A DNA stretch of 64,000 nt. Origin: a bacterium. Its GTDB lineage: Bacteria > SAR324 > NAC60-12. Position numbers and translations under genes: made by a program. The stretch covers positions 160,001 through 224,000 of the forward strand of contig CBDBHR010000026.1 in NCBI GenBank assembly GCA_965205865.1, in the 5' to 3' direction. The notes under the pieces were generated by a model. It was given only the letters and a program-made list of their open reading frames with translations. It had not been told where the DNA came from and ran no database searches. Below, piece after piece: positions 21,070 through 30,440 of the stretch. Numbering within the stretch: position 1 is the stretch's first letter; each line of letters opens with the position of its first letter.

Positions 21070-21528
21070 ATGCGATATTATATTGGTGGAATGTTGATCT
21101 TTCTTGCTTTATTATTCGCGTTTCCGCTACAAGCGGCGGATGACAACAAAGCGGTGATGACTTATCGCAACAGAGTGATGGGCGGCATCGGCTCCAACAT
21201 GGGATCCATCTCGGATATCCTCAAGGAGAAAGTTTCTTACGGCAGTATGTTGGTTCATTACGCCAGAGCCTTGCATGAACAGTCACAAACCATCGTGACG
21301 GTTTTCACGCAGGACACCCGTGGCACTGATAAAAGAACGCGCGCCAAAGATGAGATTTGGGAAAATTGGGCCGATTTCGAGATGGCCGCCAATGCGCTTG
21401 TAGAGGCCGGTGCTCAACTCGTTGCTGCAGCTGAATCCGGCGACATGGCACAAATCGGGAATGCTGTGAAAGTCCTGGGCGGTGCCTGTGGCGACTGCCA
21501 TAAACCTTTCCGAGCCCCAAGTCGCTGA
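21070..21528 (+). CDS. Class II cytochrome c (c'/c556 type)
   Basis: Signal peptide, AKDEIWENWADF, C-terminal CGDCH haem motif; GGAG RBS. Confidence 0.9.
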   Translation: MRYYIGGMLIFLALLFAFPLQAADDNKAVMTYRNRVMGGIGSNMGSISDILKEKVSYGSMLVHYARALHEQSQTIVTVFTQDTRGTDKRTRAKDEIWENWADFEMAANALVEAGAQLVAAAESGDMAQIGNAVKVLGGACGDCHKPFRAPSR

Positions 21529-21614
21529 CTCCTCGCACAGTTCAATTATAGTTTTTGGGCATCGGGTGGCAGAAAAAATTTGCTACTTTCAAGGGCTTTC
21601 TTTCTTTTCTTGTA

Positions 21615-24230
21615 ATGAGTACCGAAGCAAAAGAAAAGCGCTTTCTCGACGCGTTGGAATCACTTTTCACGGGCGCGGAGGTTGAGGGAGACTCCGGTTT
21701 TATCAACCTGATGCGCCTGAAGCGCGGTTATTTCAAATCCCTGCGCCCGAAACTGGTGACAGCCATTGACGGGCGCGCCGCGAAAGACACCGACTTCCGC
21801 GAGGAACTGTTCGACAAACTCCATACCTTCTTCTCCCGCTATTTCTGCGAAAGCGGCTCCATCTACTTCCGCCACCTGCCCGCCTTCTCGAAAACCTACG
21901 AGCATGTCTATAGCGACGGCGAGGACGTTGCGCTGTCCTGGAAAACCCGCATGCTCTATTACGTGAAGTCCGACGTGCTGCTACGCTCCATGCCGGTAAA
22001 ATTGGAGGACAAAAACAATCCCACACGCACCAGACTGTTTTATTTCGACGCCTCCGAGGTCGAGCACAAAAAGAACAACGAACGCCGCGAGTTCGTCTTC
22101 GAGATTGCCGAAGTGAAAAGGACCACCGAAGGAAACGTGGTTCATTTGAAGGTCTCCTACTCTCAAAAGGGCAAAACAACCAACGCCGGAACCATCATCA
22201 AGAAAGCAAAGAATTCGTCCGGTGCCAAAGTCCTTTTGACCGAAGACGATTTACAAAATGCCTTTCGAGTTTTCAGGAGGCAAACCGAAGTTGACTTTTT
22301 CATCAACAAGGACGCCCGTGGCTTCCTCCGTGAGCAATTCGATCTCTGGCTTTATCAATACCTCTTCCAGGAAGAAAGCATCTTTGAACAGAAGAGACTC
22401 TCTCAACTGCAGGCCATTCAGCAAACCGCCTATGACATCATCGACTTCATTGCCCAGTTCGAAGATGAACTGCGGCGGGCATGGGAAAAGCCCAAGTTTG
22501 CGCGCAAGGTTCATTACGTGGTGACACTGGACAAACTGCCCGTCACTCTCCTGGCGAAGATTTCCGCACACCAGGGAGCGCAGACCCAGATCAAGGAGTG
22601 GCAAGAACTCGGCATGGTGAACGAGCAATTTTCCATGGAGGAGTTGAACAAAGGACAGGGCAGATTGGGCATTGAAACCAACGGCCCGACCAACGACGAT
22701 TGCCGCTTTCTGCCCTTGGACACCAGACACTTCAAGGATTTGGAGTTGGACATTCTCGACGTATTCGGTGATCTGGACGAGGCACTGGATGGTGAATTGG
22801 CGCACAGCGAAAACTGGCAGGCGTTGAATAATCTGCAACGGCGATATAAGGGAAGGGTGAATTGTATTTATATTGACCCACCGTATAACACAGAAAAGGA
22901 TGAATTCCTTTATAACGACCGCTATAAGAGCAGTTCTTGGCTTTCCATGATTTTTGATAGAACAATCTGTGCTAAAAGTTTTCTTGGAGAAGCAGGAACT
23001 TTTTGGGTGAATCTCGACGATGGAGAAATGCCAAACCTACGCTTGGCTTTGGATGCTATTTTTGATCGCAATTCTTTTGTTGGCAACGTTTGTTGGAAGA
23101 AAACAAGTGGTGACAACAAACCAAATTTTGCATTTGTTCACGACAATTTAATCATATACGGCAATTGTGGAAGCAAGCCACAACGTGCGGATATTCCTCT
23201 TGATAAGCAAAGTTCTTATAGCAATCCCGACAACGATTCGAGGGGTAAATGGGCCTCAACCGATTATCGGTCGAAGTGGACCAAAGAAGAAAGACCCAAT
23301 CTTTATTACGGAATACGTCAACCTAATACTGGAGAAATTATCTATCCAGATTCGTATTCCGAATCGCCAAGGGTTTGGGGGTGTGATGAGAGTACTCACA
23401 AACAAAATGAGGAAAACAACTTGGTGTGGTGGGGTGATAATGGACTTGCAAATGAACCTCGCAAGAAGAGATTTTTGGTAGAACATGAAGGGGTCAATAT
23501 CAGGAGTATTTGGAATAACGCCGGTTCGAATGATTCTGCTTCTCAGGAATTAAGAGGGTTGTTTGGAAAGAAAATCAACGAACGTCTTAATCCCAAACCC
23601 AAAGAGTTGGTTCAGAAAATCTTATCCTACACCGTGAAAGAGAACGGTTTTATACTTGATTATTTTGCCGGTTCCGGTACGACCGCCCATGCGGTCATCA
23701 ACCTGAATCGTGAAGACGAAGGCAACAGAAAATACCTGCTTATTGAAATGGCAGGATATTTTCATACAGTCCTGCTATCGCGCCTCAAGAAAGTAGTCTA
23801 TTCCAAGGACTGGAGAGACGGACAGCCGATTTCACGAGAAGGCGTCAGTCACTTCCTCAAATACTACACCCTGGAACAATACGAAGAGACTCTAAAAAAC
23901 TCACGCTATGAAGATGGTGAGCAACTAGAGATAGACAGCATGAAATCGTCCTTCGAGCAATACGTCTTTTTCGGAGACGACAAACTCGCCCACGCCGTCA
24001 AGCCATCTAGCAATGGAAATCTTACCATCAATCTCCACGACCTCTACCCGGACGTCGACATTGCGGAATCCTTATCCAACATTCTGGGCAAACCAATCCG
24101 TCGCCGCACCGCCAATACCGTAACCTTCTCCGATGGCGTCACCGAGCCAATCGACCCTGCCACCATGACCGAGGAAGAAAAACGGCACTTCATTTCACTG
24201 GTCAAACCCTATTTGTGGTGGGGGGAGTAA
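21615..24230 (+). CDS. mod: Type III R-M Mod-like adenine DNA methyltransferase
   Basis: IYIDPPYN precedes LDYFAGSGTT (beta-class order), with the TRD between; upstream of a Res gene. Confidence 0.88.
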   Translation: MSTEAKEKRFLDALESLFTGAEVEGDSGFINLMRLKRGYFKSLRPKLVTAIDGRAAKDTDFREELFDKLHTFFSRYFCESGSIYFRHLPAFSKTYEHVYSDGEDVALSWKTRMLYYVKSDVLLRSMPVKLEDKNNPTRTRLFYFDASEVEHKKNNERREFVFEIAEVKRTTEGNVVHLKVSYSQKGKTTNAGTIIKKAKNSSGAKVLLTEDDLQNAFRVFRRQTEVDFFINKDARGFLREQFDLWLYQYLFQEESIFEQKRLSQLQAIQQTAYDIIDFIAQFEDELRRAWEKPKFARKVHYVVTLDKLPVTLLAKISAHQGAQTQIKEWQELGMVNEQFSMEELNKGQGRLGIETNGPTNDDCRFLPLDTRHFKDLELDILDVFGDLDEALDGELAHSENWQALNNLQRRYKGRVNCIYIDPPYNTEKDEFLYNDRYKSSSWLSMIFDRTICAKSFLGEAGTFWVNLDDGEMPNLRLALDAIFDRNSFVGNVCWKKTSGDNKPNFAFVHDNLIIYGNCGSKPQRADIPLDKQSSYSNPDNDSRGKWASTDYRSKWTKEERPNLYYGIRQPNTGEIIYPDSYSESPRVWGCDESTHKQNEENNLVWWGDNGLANEPRKKRFLVEHEGVNIRSIWNNAGSNDSASQELRGLFGKKINERLNPKPKELVQKILSYTVKENGFILDYFAGSGTTAHAVINLNREDEGNRKYLLIEMAGYFHTVLLSRLKKVVYSKDWRDGQPISREGVSHFLKYYTLEQYEETLKNSRYEDGEQLEIDSMKSSFEQYVFFGDDKLAHAVKPSSNGNLTINLHDLYPDVDIAESLSNILGKPIRRRTANTVTFSDGVTEPIDPATMTEEEKRHFISLVKPYLWWGE

Positions 24231-24239
24231 GAAAGACGC

Positions 24240-26117
24240 ATGTACGCAAAAAGAATCCAGATTATCAATTACGGTCCCATTGACCATCTTGACATCAACT
24301 TCCCCTTTGAGGGAGAAAATCCCCAGCCGGTCTTGCTGGTTGGTGAGAATGGTTCGGGAAAAAGTATATTCTTGTCTCATATCGTCAATGGATTGATGGC
24401 AGCTCAGGGGGTTGTCTATCAGGAAAATAGCGAAGTCGAACAAGGAAAGGTGTATAAACTCCGGTCTCCTTCTTATATAAAAACCGGAACTGAATATTAC
24501 TTCGGTCGAGTCGATTTTGAAGAGAATTTGTATCAGAAGGAATTGCAACTGCAGCGCCTGAAAAAAGATTGTAAAAAGCCCGTTGAGTTTGCCGGCAAGG
24601 ATGCTGATAAGTTCAATGATGCTAGTAAGTTATGGCAATCTATGCCTGCAAATAAAGCCAGCATTCCTGACAGTAGTTTTCATCATGAAAAAGAAAAAAG
24701 CAGTATAGAAGACTTTTTTAAAAGTCGTTGTGTACTTTATTTTCCTCCTAACAGGTTCGAGGAACCCGCATGGCTGAATGAGGGAAACTTACGGGCTAAG
24801 GCCGAGTATATGGGCTTGAAGAACCTCCAGGGATACACGAATCGTAAGATTATTAATGACTCTCCCCTCCAGGACAACCAGAACTGGTTATTTGAAGTCT
24901 TATATGACCGTTGCGCTTTTGAAGTTCAAACCACTCAGTTACCTTGGAATACTAAGGATCAAAATCAAAAACACCTTAGTATTAATCTTCCGGTCTTCAC
25001 AGGACATACTGGAACAGCAACCACCATTTATGAAAGTGCTCTCAATATTGTTCGTTCAATCTTCCGGGCAAACGGGAATTTAAGACTTGGTATTGGAAAG
25101 AGGCAGAATCGGAGAGTATCGTTAATGCAGGGAGATAAGGAACTCGTTCCCAATATTTTCCAGCTGTCCAGTGGTGAGACTTCTCTACTGAATCTATTTT
25201 TATCCATCCTGCGTGATTTTGATTTATCCGGTTCACGGTTTTCCAAAGCCGGAGATGTGAAGGGTATTGTTGTTGTGGACGAGATCGACTTGCACCTGCA
25301 CGTCATTCACCAGTATGAAATCCTTCCGCAATTGATGAAGATGTTCCCCGGCGTTCAATTTATCGTTACTACCCATTCCCCGCTTTTCGTGCTGGGGATG
25401 AAGAAGACTTTCGGAGAAGACGGTTTCGCTCTTTACAGGCTGCCTCATGGACAACTAATCAGTCCCGAAGAGTTCAGCGAATTCGGTAATGCTTACCAGT
25501 CATTTACTGAAACAGAAAGGTTTAAGGACGATATCAAAGTTGAAATTGAAAACGCCCAAAAACCTGTTGTATTCATGGACGGTAAAACGGATGTAAAATA
25601 CTTACAAAAAGCCGCTGAATTGCTTAATCAAGAAGCAGTACTTGAGAAACTTCAATTAATGGATGGTAAGGGCTATGGAAATCTGAATAAAATCTGGAAA
25701 ATATTTGAATTCCAGACTTTCCGGAATGATACCGCAGAAAGTAATTCTTCTCCATGACTGCGATAAGCCAGGTTGTCAGACAAAGGAAAGGCGTTTAGGC
25801 GGAATATTCCACGACAGGAAGGTCATCCTCTGGAGAAAGGGATCGAAAACCTGTTTGAGAAAGCGACTATAGAGAAAGCACGAAAGCATAAGTTAGCATT
25901 CATAGTCATCACGACTGAACATAAAAAGTTTAAACCAGACGAAGAGGAAACAGTCCCTGAAAAATGGGAAGTCAATGATGACGAAAAAACCAACCTTTGC
26001 AACTGGCTGTGCGAGAATGGCACGGGGGAAGACTTCAAACATTTTCATATGATATTCGATTTACTGGAAAAGATATTGATTGATGATCAAGATGCAAATG
26101 CGACGCCACTACCCTAA
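24240..26117 (+). pseudogene. ABC-type ATPase fused to a TOPRIM-like domain (OLD-like), broken by two local indels near 25700 and 25770
   Basis: GENGSGKS, LSSGE, VVVDEIDLHLH, TTHSP; VFMDGKTD; VILLHDCD in the +1 frame (25741-25764); GIENLF back in the original frame. Confidence 0.7.
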
Positions 26118-26220
26118 CTTTACTAACGGCAAAACCGAATCAACCGACATTGCCACCATGATTGAGAAAGCAAAATGGTACTTCTTTTCATTGATCAAAC
26201 CCTACTTGTGGTGGTGGGGA
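26104..26220 (+). repeat. Degenerate copy of the mod 3' end (~24110-24227)
   Basis: Encodes FTNGKTESTDIATMIEKAKWYFFSLIKPYLWW versus Mod FSDGVTEPIDPATMTEEEKRHFISLVKPYLWW. Confidence 0.9.
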
Positions 26221-26221
26221 T

Positions 26222-27619
26222 ATGTTTAAAGTCAAAATTAAAAATATTGGCAAACTCACTGATACGGAAATCAATATAGGCCAGTTTACCGTGTTTGCCG
26301 GCCCGAACAATACCGGAAAGAGTTTTGTTTCAAAACTCCTGTATTCCTTTTTCAGTTCAATGCAGGGCAACCCTGTCCAAACCCAATCCGAACAATTCCT
26401 TATTCCTGTTATGCAGCACATGGCAAGCGTGGTAGAGTGGGAGGAGCGATCTGCCGGACGGTCTCCTGAAGATAATCCCCAGTTGCTTGATTTGGAATCC
26501 AAGATCAAGGAAACAAATGAAATTATTAGGAGTGTTGACAACATTGAGGAGTTAATTCAGGTTTGGCATTGCCTTGTCAATCTAACGGAAGGAATGTGGA
26601 ACGTATCTCAAGATCTCCAGCAGACATATTCGAAAGAATCCCGAAAGACAGAAAAGCTGGAGTGGGGGGTAGATCATCTACACAATTCACTAAGGGTTAT
26701 CACACTTTCCTTGACCCAGTTGAGAGACACTTTTGCCAAAGGGGATCCGCTCTCGTTCATAATTTCCGGCACAGGACGCCATATCAAAGACAACCTGATC
26801 GAAAATTTTCAGGTGCCCAACCTGTCTGATCTCAGTGCCGACCCCGATAAACGATCAGAGGTTGAGGTTGGACACTTCGGAAAATTTGTATATTCGAACG
26901 AGGAAGTGGACCTCAGCATGGATATGTCTTGGATGTCTTCTTATTCCGGGGCAATCTACTTGGAATCTCCCATTTATTGGAAACTGAAAAACGCATTGGA
27001 GCAGATAAGACAGCAGGAGGAACACCGTAGTTTTTTGTGGGGGAAGCCCAGCAAACGACTGGATGGCGTACCGAAATATTTCCATGATCTGGCCAGCGCC
27101 CTCAGCTTTCAATACACCGGGGAGATGGCCTTCCCTACCATCCATGAAAAACTGACCGGTCCTCATATTCTTGGTGGAAAGGTCACGATTTCCGAATTGG
27201 GCAATCTGTCATTTCAGGAAAACGGTCGTAGTTTTTCTCTGCCCGTCACCGCGATGGGAATAGCCAACCTCGGCATCCTGGCGCTACTGATCGAGCGCAA
27301 GGTGCTGGATGAAGAATCTCTCATTTTCATTGACGAGCCGGAAGCGCATCTGCATCCGGCCTGGCAAGTCATCATGGCGGAGGCTCTCTTTGAGTTGTCC
27401 CTCCAGGGAGTAACCGTAGTCATTGCCACGCATAGTGTGGACATTCTCAAATGGCTGGAAGTACACGTAAAGAAAAATCCCCAGGACGAGCCGCACATTG
27501 CGTTAAATCAATTTCCTGCCAATGGTGACGGAGTCGATGAAGATTTTGAGTCCCGAATGGCGAGAATCAAACAGGAATTGACCAAGCCCTTCTCCGATCT
27601 CTACCTGAAAGGAATATGA
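26222..27619 (+). CDS. ABC-type AAA ATPase (AAA_15/AAA_21, AbiEii-like), probable defence component
   Basis: IKNIGK, GPNNTGKS, IFIDEPEAHLHP, ATHS. Confidence 0.82.
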   Translation: MFKVKIKNIGKLTDTEINIGQFTVFAGPNNTGKSFVSKLLYSFFSSMQGNPVQTQSEQFLIPVMQHMASVVEWEERSAGRSPEDNPQLLDLESKIKETNEIIRSVDNIEELIQVWHCLVNLTEGMWNVSQDLQQTYSKESRKTEKLEWGVDHLHNSLRVITLSLTQLRDTFAKGDPLSFIISGTGRHIKDNLIENFQVPNLSDLSADPDKRSEVEVGHFGKFVYSNEEVDLSMDMSWMSSYSGAIYLESPIYWKLKNALEQIRQQEEHRSFLWGKPSKRLDGVPKYFHDLASALSFQYTGEMAFPTIHEKLTGPHILGGKVTISELGNLSFQENGRSFSLPVTAMGIANLGILALLIERKVLDEESLIFIDEPEAHLHPAWQVIMAEALFELSLQGVTVVIATHSVDILKWLEVHVKKNPQDEPHIALNQFPANGDGVDEDFESRMARIKQELTKPFSDLYLKGI

Positions 27620-28182
27620 CTGCGCTTGACCAATTCCTGGAACCGATAAAGGTTGCTGGCGAGTCCCTTGGCGATAAACACCAGGCGTACCGTATGGATG
27701 GCAATTCGCCGAAACCTGATATGAGACGAGATGCCGGTTTGGGTACTTGTGATTGCTGTGATTACTTTATATTGGCCAAGGACCATTTTGTCGTCTTAAT
27801 TGAAGAAACCCAGCTTATGAGAACTATAGAAAGGTTGAAATCTAAATACTATTACCTTCAATCTGATCATCAGACAGAATTCGTCAACAAGTATATCCGA
27901 CAAGAAAACCGACTGAAAGTCTATGGATCAATGCTAGTGCTGTGCCGCTTGGCTGCCGCATGCAAAAATACGAATCGCCTTCTTCGCACGAAAAAATACA
28001 GGTTCTGGCTGGTCGCCAGCGGCATGAACGAGCCAGAGCACACACGAGTTTTCGACAACTTGAAGGATCGATTGTTCCAAGAGTTGAGAAGCGTTTTAAC
28101 CGGCAAAGTCATGGATCGTGTTGAAATAATACCGTCCGACCGGCTTTCGTCAAAACTGGCAAAACATGCAGCCACTTCTTAA
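27616..28182 (+). CDS. Hypothetical protein, possible PD-(D/E)xK-like partner of the ATPase
   Basis: ATGA overlap with the ATPase; CCDYFIL...VVLIEET motif. Confidence 0.65.
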   Translation: MTALDQFLEPIKVAGESLGDKHQAYRMDGNSPKPDMRRDAGLGTCDCCDYFILAKDHFVVLIEETQLMRTIERLKSKYYYLQSDHQTEFVNKYIRQENRLKVYGSMLVLCRLAAACKNTNRLLRTKKYRFWLVASGMNEPEHTRVFDNLKDRLFQELRSVLTGKVMDRVEIIPSDRLSSKLAKHAATS

Positions 28183-28222
28183 ATTACGACCTGCCAGAAA
28201 TGTGGTTCGTAGCGGAGATTGA
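28182..28222 (+). repeat. Degenerate copy of the res 5' region (30485-30519)
   Basis: 27/35 nt identical; NYDLPEMWFVAEID versus Res NYGDLPETWRVPEIE. Confidence 0.75.
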
Positions 28223-28257
28223 CATCAAGAAGAAAATCACGCAACTGGAGCAAAATC

Positions 28258-29448
28258 ATGTTGAGTAACCAAGAATTGGAGAAAATTCTCAAAGTGGGAG
28301 AAAGCGATTGCGTGGAATTAACCGAAGCTACGAGAGACCTGGATAAAATCCGTGAGGCAATATGCGCCTTTGCCAATGACCTGCCTGCTCACGGTAAGCC
28401 CGGCTTTGTCTTTGTCGGAATCAAGGACGATGGAAGTTGCGCCAACTTGATAATTAATGATGACCTGTTAAAAAAGCTTGGCGGATTACGAAACGAAGGA
28501 AAAATCCTTTCTTTCCCGATCATGGAGGTTGACAAACGCACGCTGAAAGGCTGCGAAGTTGCCGTGATACAGGTGGAACCTTCGGACAATCCTCCGGTAA
28601 GAGTCGATGGCCGGTGTTGGATACGGGTCGGACCGAGACGCGGTCAAGCTACCCCTGAAGAAGAACGCCGCCTGACGGAGAAAAGGCGTTGGGGGAATCT
28701 GCCCTACGACATGCAGGGAGTGAAAGGCGCATCCGTGGAAAAAGATTTAGATATGCGGAAATTCGAGGTTGAATACCTGCCGACTGCTGTTTCACGACAG
28801 GTATTGGAAGAGAATGCTCGCAATCCGCAAGAACAATTACAGGCGTTGCGCATGACGGCGCAAGACGGGACACCGACCGTTACAGCTATTCTCATGTTGG
28901 GTATAGACTCGCGTTACTGGTTCCCGGGTGCCTATATTCAATTTGTTCGCCATGCAGGAAACGAGGTCACGGATGCAATTGTTGATCAAAAAGAAATTCG
29001 TGGAACCTTGCCGGAGCAAATACTTGAAGTAGACCGCCTTCTGAAACTAAATATCACCACTGCTCTGAATACCAGTGGAGAAAGGCATATCGCAGAACCG
29101 GATTATCCCTTTGAAGCGCTACGTGAATTGGTCGGCAACGCGGTAATTCACAGGAACTACGAAAATTCCAACTCTCCCGTGCGAATTACCTGGCTCGCAG
29201 ATTGCGTAGAAATCATTATCCCCGGTTCGGTTTATGGTTCGGTAACACGCGAGAATTTTGGGGAAGCCGGCGTAACAGACTATCGTAATCCTACCATTGC
29301 CGAGGCTATGAAAAATATGGGTTTCATGCAGCGATTCGGAATCGGTATCGCTACGGCGAAAAAAGTGCTGGAAGAAAACGGTAATCCGCTACCCGAATTC
29401 AGAATAGAAGAAACTTTTGTTTTCGTTAAAGTAAAAAAACGACAATGA
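28258..29448 (+). CDS. AlbA_2/Schlafen-domain protein with HATPase_c_4-like C-terminus
   Basis: GESDCVELTE, ICAFAN, GFVFVGIKDDG, ALRELVGNAVIHRNY, RNPTIA, GIGI. Confidence 0.8.
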   Translation: MLSNQELEKILKVGESDCVELTEATRDLDKIREAICAFANDLPAHGKPGFVFVGIKDDGSCANLIINDDLLKKLGGLRNEGKILSFPIMEVDKRTLKGCEVAVIQVEPSDNPPVRVDGRCWIRVGPRRGQATPEEERRLTEKRRWGNLPYDMQGVKGASVEKDLDMRKFEVEYLPTAVSRQVLEENARNPQEQLQALRMTAQDGTPTVTAILMLGIDSRYWFPGAYIQFVRHAGNEVTDAIVDQKEIRGTLPEQILEVDRLLKLNITTALNTSGERHIAEPDYPFEALRELVGNAVIHRNYENSNSPVRITWLADCVEIIIPGSVYGSVTRENFGEAGVTDYRNPTIAEAMKNMGFMQRFGIGIATAKKVLEENGNPLPEFRIEETFVFVKVKKRQ

Positions 29449-30440
29449 AAACCATCGCCTTTTTTAACAACAAAGGCGGCGTGGGCAAGACCTCTCTGGT
29501 CTATCACCTTGCCTGGATGTTCAGCGAAATGGAATACCGCGTCATCGCAGCCGACTTGGATCCCCAGGCCAATCTGAGTGGGATGTTTCTCGATGAGAAC
29601 AAGTTGGCAGAGCTTTGGCAGAATACGGAAAAAAAGAAGAACATCAATGAAGATATTGCACCCCTGTTTGAAGGGATAGGAGACATTTCGACAGAACCTC
29701 ATATTGAGCAAATCGAAGAGCGAATCGGCTTGTTGGTGGGGGACCTTGCCCTTTCCAAGCGTGAAGACGAGTTGTCAGAACAATGGCCGAAGTGCCTGAA
29801 CCGGGAAAAAAGAGCGTTTCGTGTCATAACCGCCTTTGCACGACTAATTTCCAGCGCGAGCGAGAAATTTCAGGCAGATTTGGTGCTGGTGGACGTCGGA
29901 CCGAATTTAGGGGCGATTAACCGGGCCGCGCTGATAGCCAGCGAGCATGTGGTCATACCACTTGCGCCTGACTTATTTTCCCTACAGGGTCTGAGAAATG
30001 TGGGGCCGACGCTGAGAGACTGGAGGGGGGATTGGAAAGATCGCATCGAGCGTAAGCCGAAAGATCTGGACATTGCGTTGCCCAAAGGCAACATGAAACC
30101 ACTCGGTTATATCGTCATGCGACATTCCGTCAGATTGGATCGCCCGGTACAAGCCTTTCAAAGATGGATTGCAAAGATACCCTCGGAATACAGGGAATCC
30201 GTTTTACAACAAGACCACTCTGAATCCCCGGCAATCGAGGCCGACGAACGTCTTCTGGCGCACCTGAAAGATTATCACTCGCTCATGCCCATGGCGCAAG
30301 AGGCGAACAAGCCCATGTTCATGTTGAAACCCGCCGATGGTGCTATCGGCGCGCACTTGAACGCGGTGTCGGACTGTTACGATGATTTCCATTCCCTTGC
30401 CAAAAAGATCATTGACAAGTTGAGTGAGAAAAAAAAGTGA
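29445..30440 (+). CDS. ParA/Soj-like (AAA_31) ATPase
   Basis: FNNKGGVGKT, DLDPQANL, DVGPNLG; overlaps both neighbours by 4 nt. Confidence 0.85.
   Translation: MKTIAFFNNKGGVGKTSLVYHLAWMFSEMEYRVIAADLDPQANLSGMFLDENKLAELWQNTEKKKNINEDIAPLFEGIGDISTEPHIEQIEERIGLLVGDLALSKREDELSEQWPKCLNREKRAFRVITAFARLISSASEKFQADLVLVDVGPNLGAINRAALIASEHVVIPLAPDLFSLQGLRNVGPTLRDWRGDWKDRIERKPKDLDIALPKGNMKPLGYIVMRHSVRLDRPVQAFQRWIAKIPSEYRESVLQQDHSESPAIEADERLLAHLKDYHSLMPMAQEANKPMFMLKPADGAIGAHLNAVSDCYDDFHSLAKKIIDKLSEKKK

Noticed and set aside
29445-30440. Plasmid or prophage partition locus
   Set aside because: No parB, replication or phage genes; the gene is embedded in the R-M operon.
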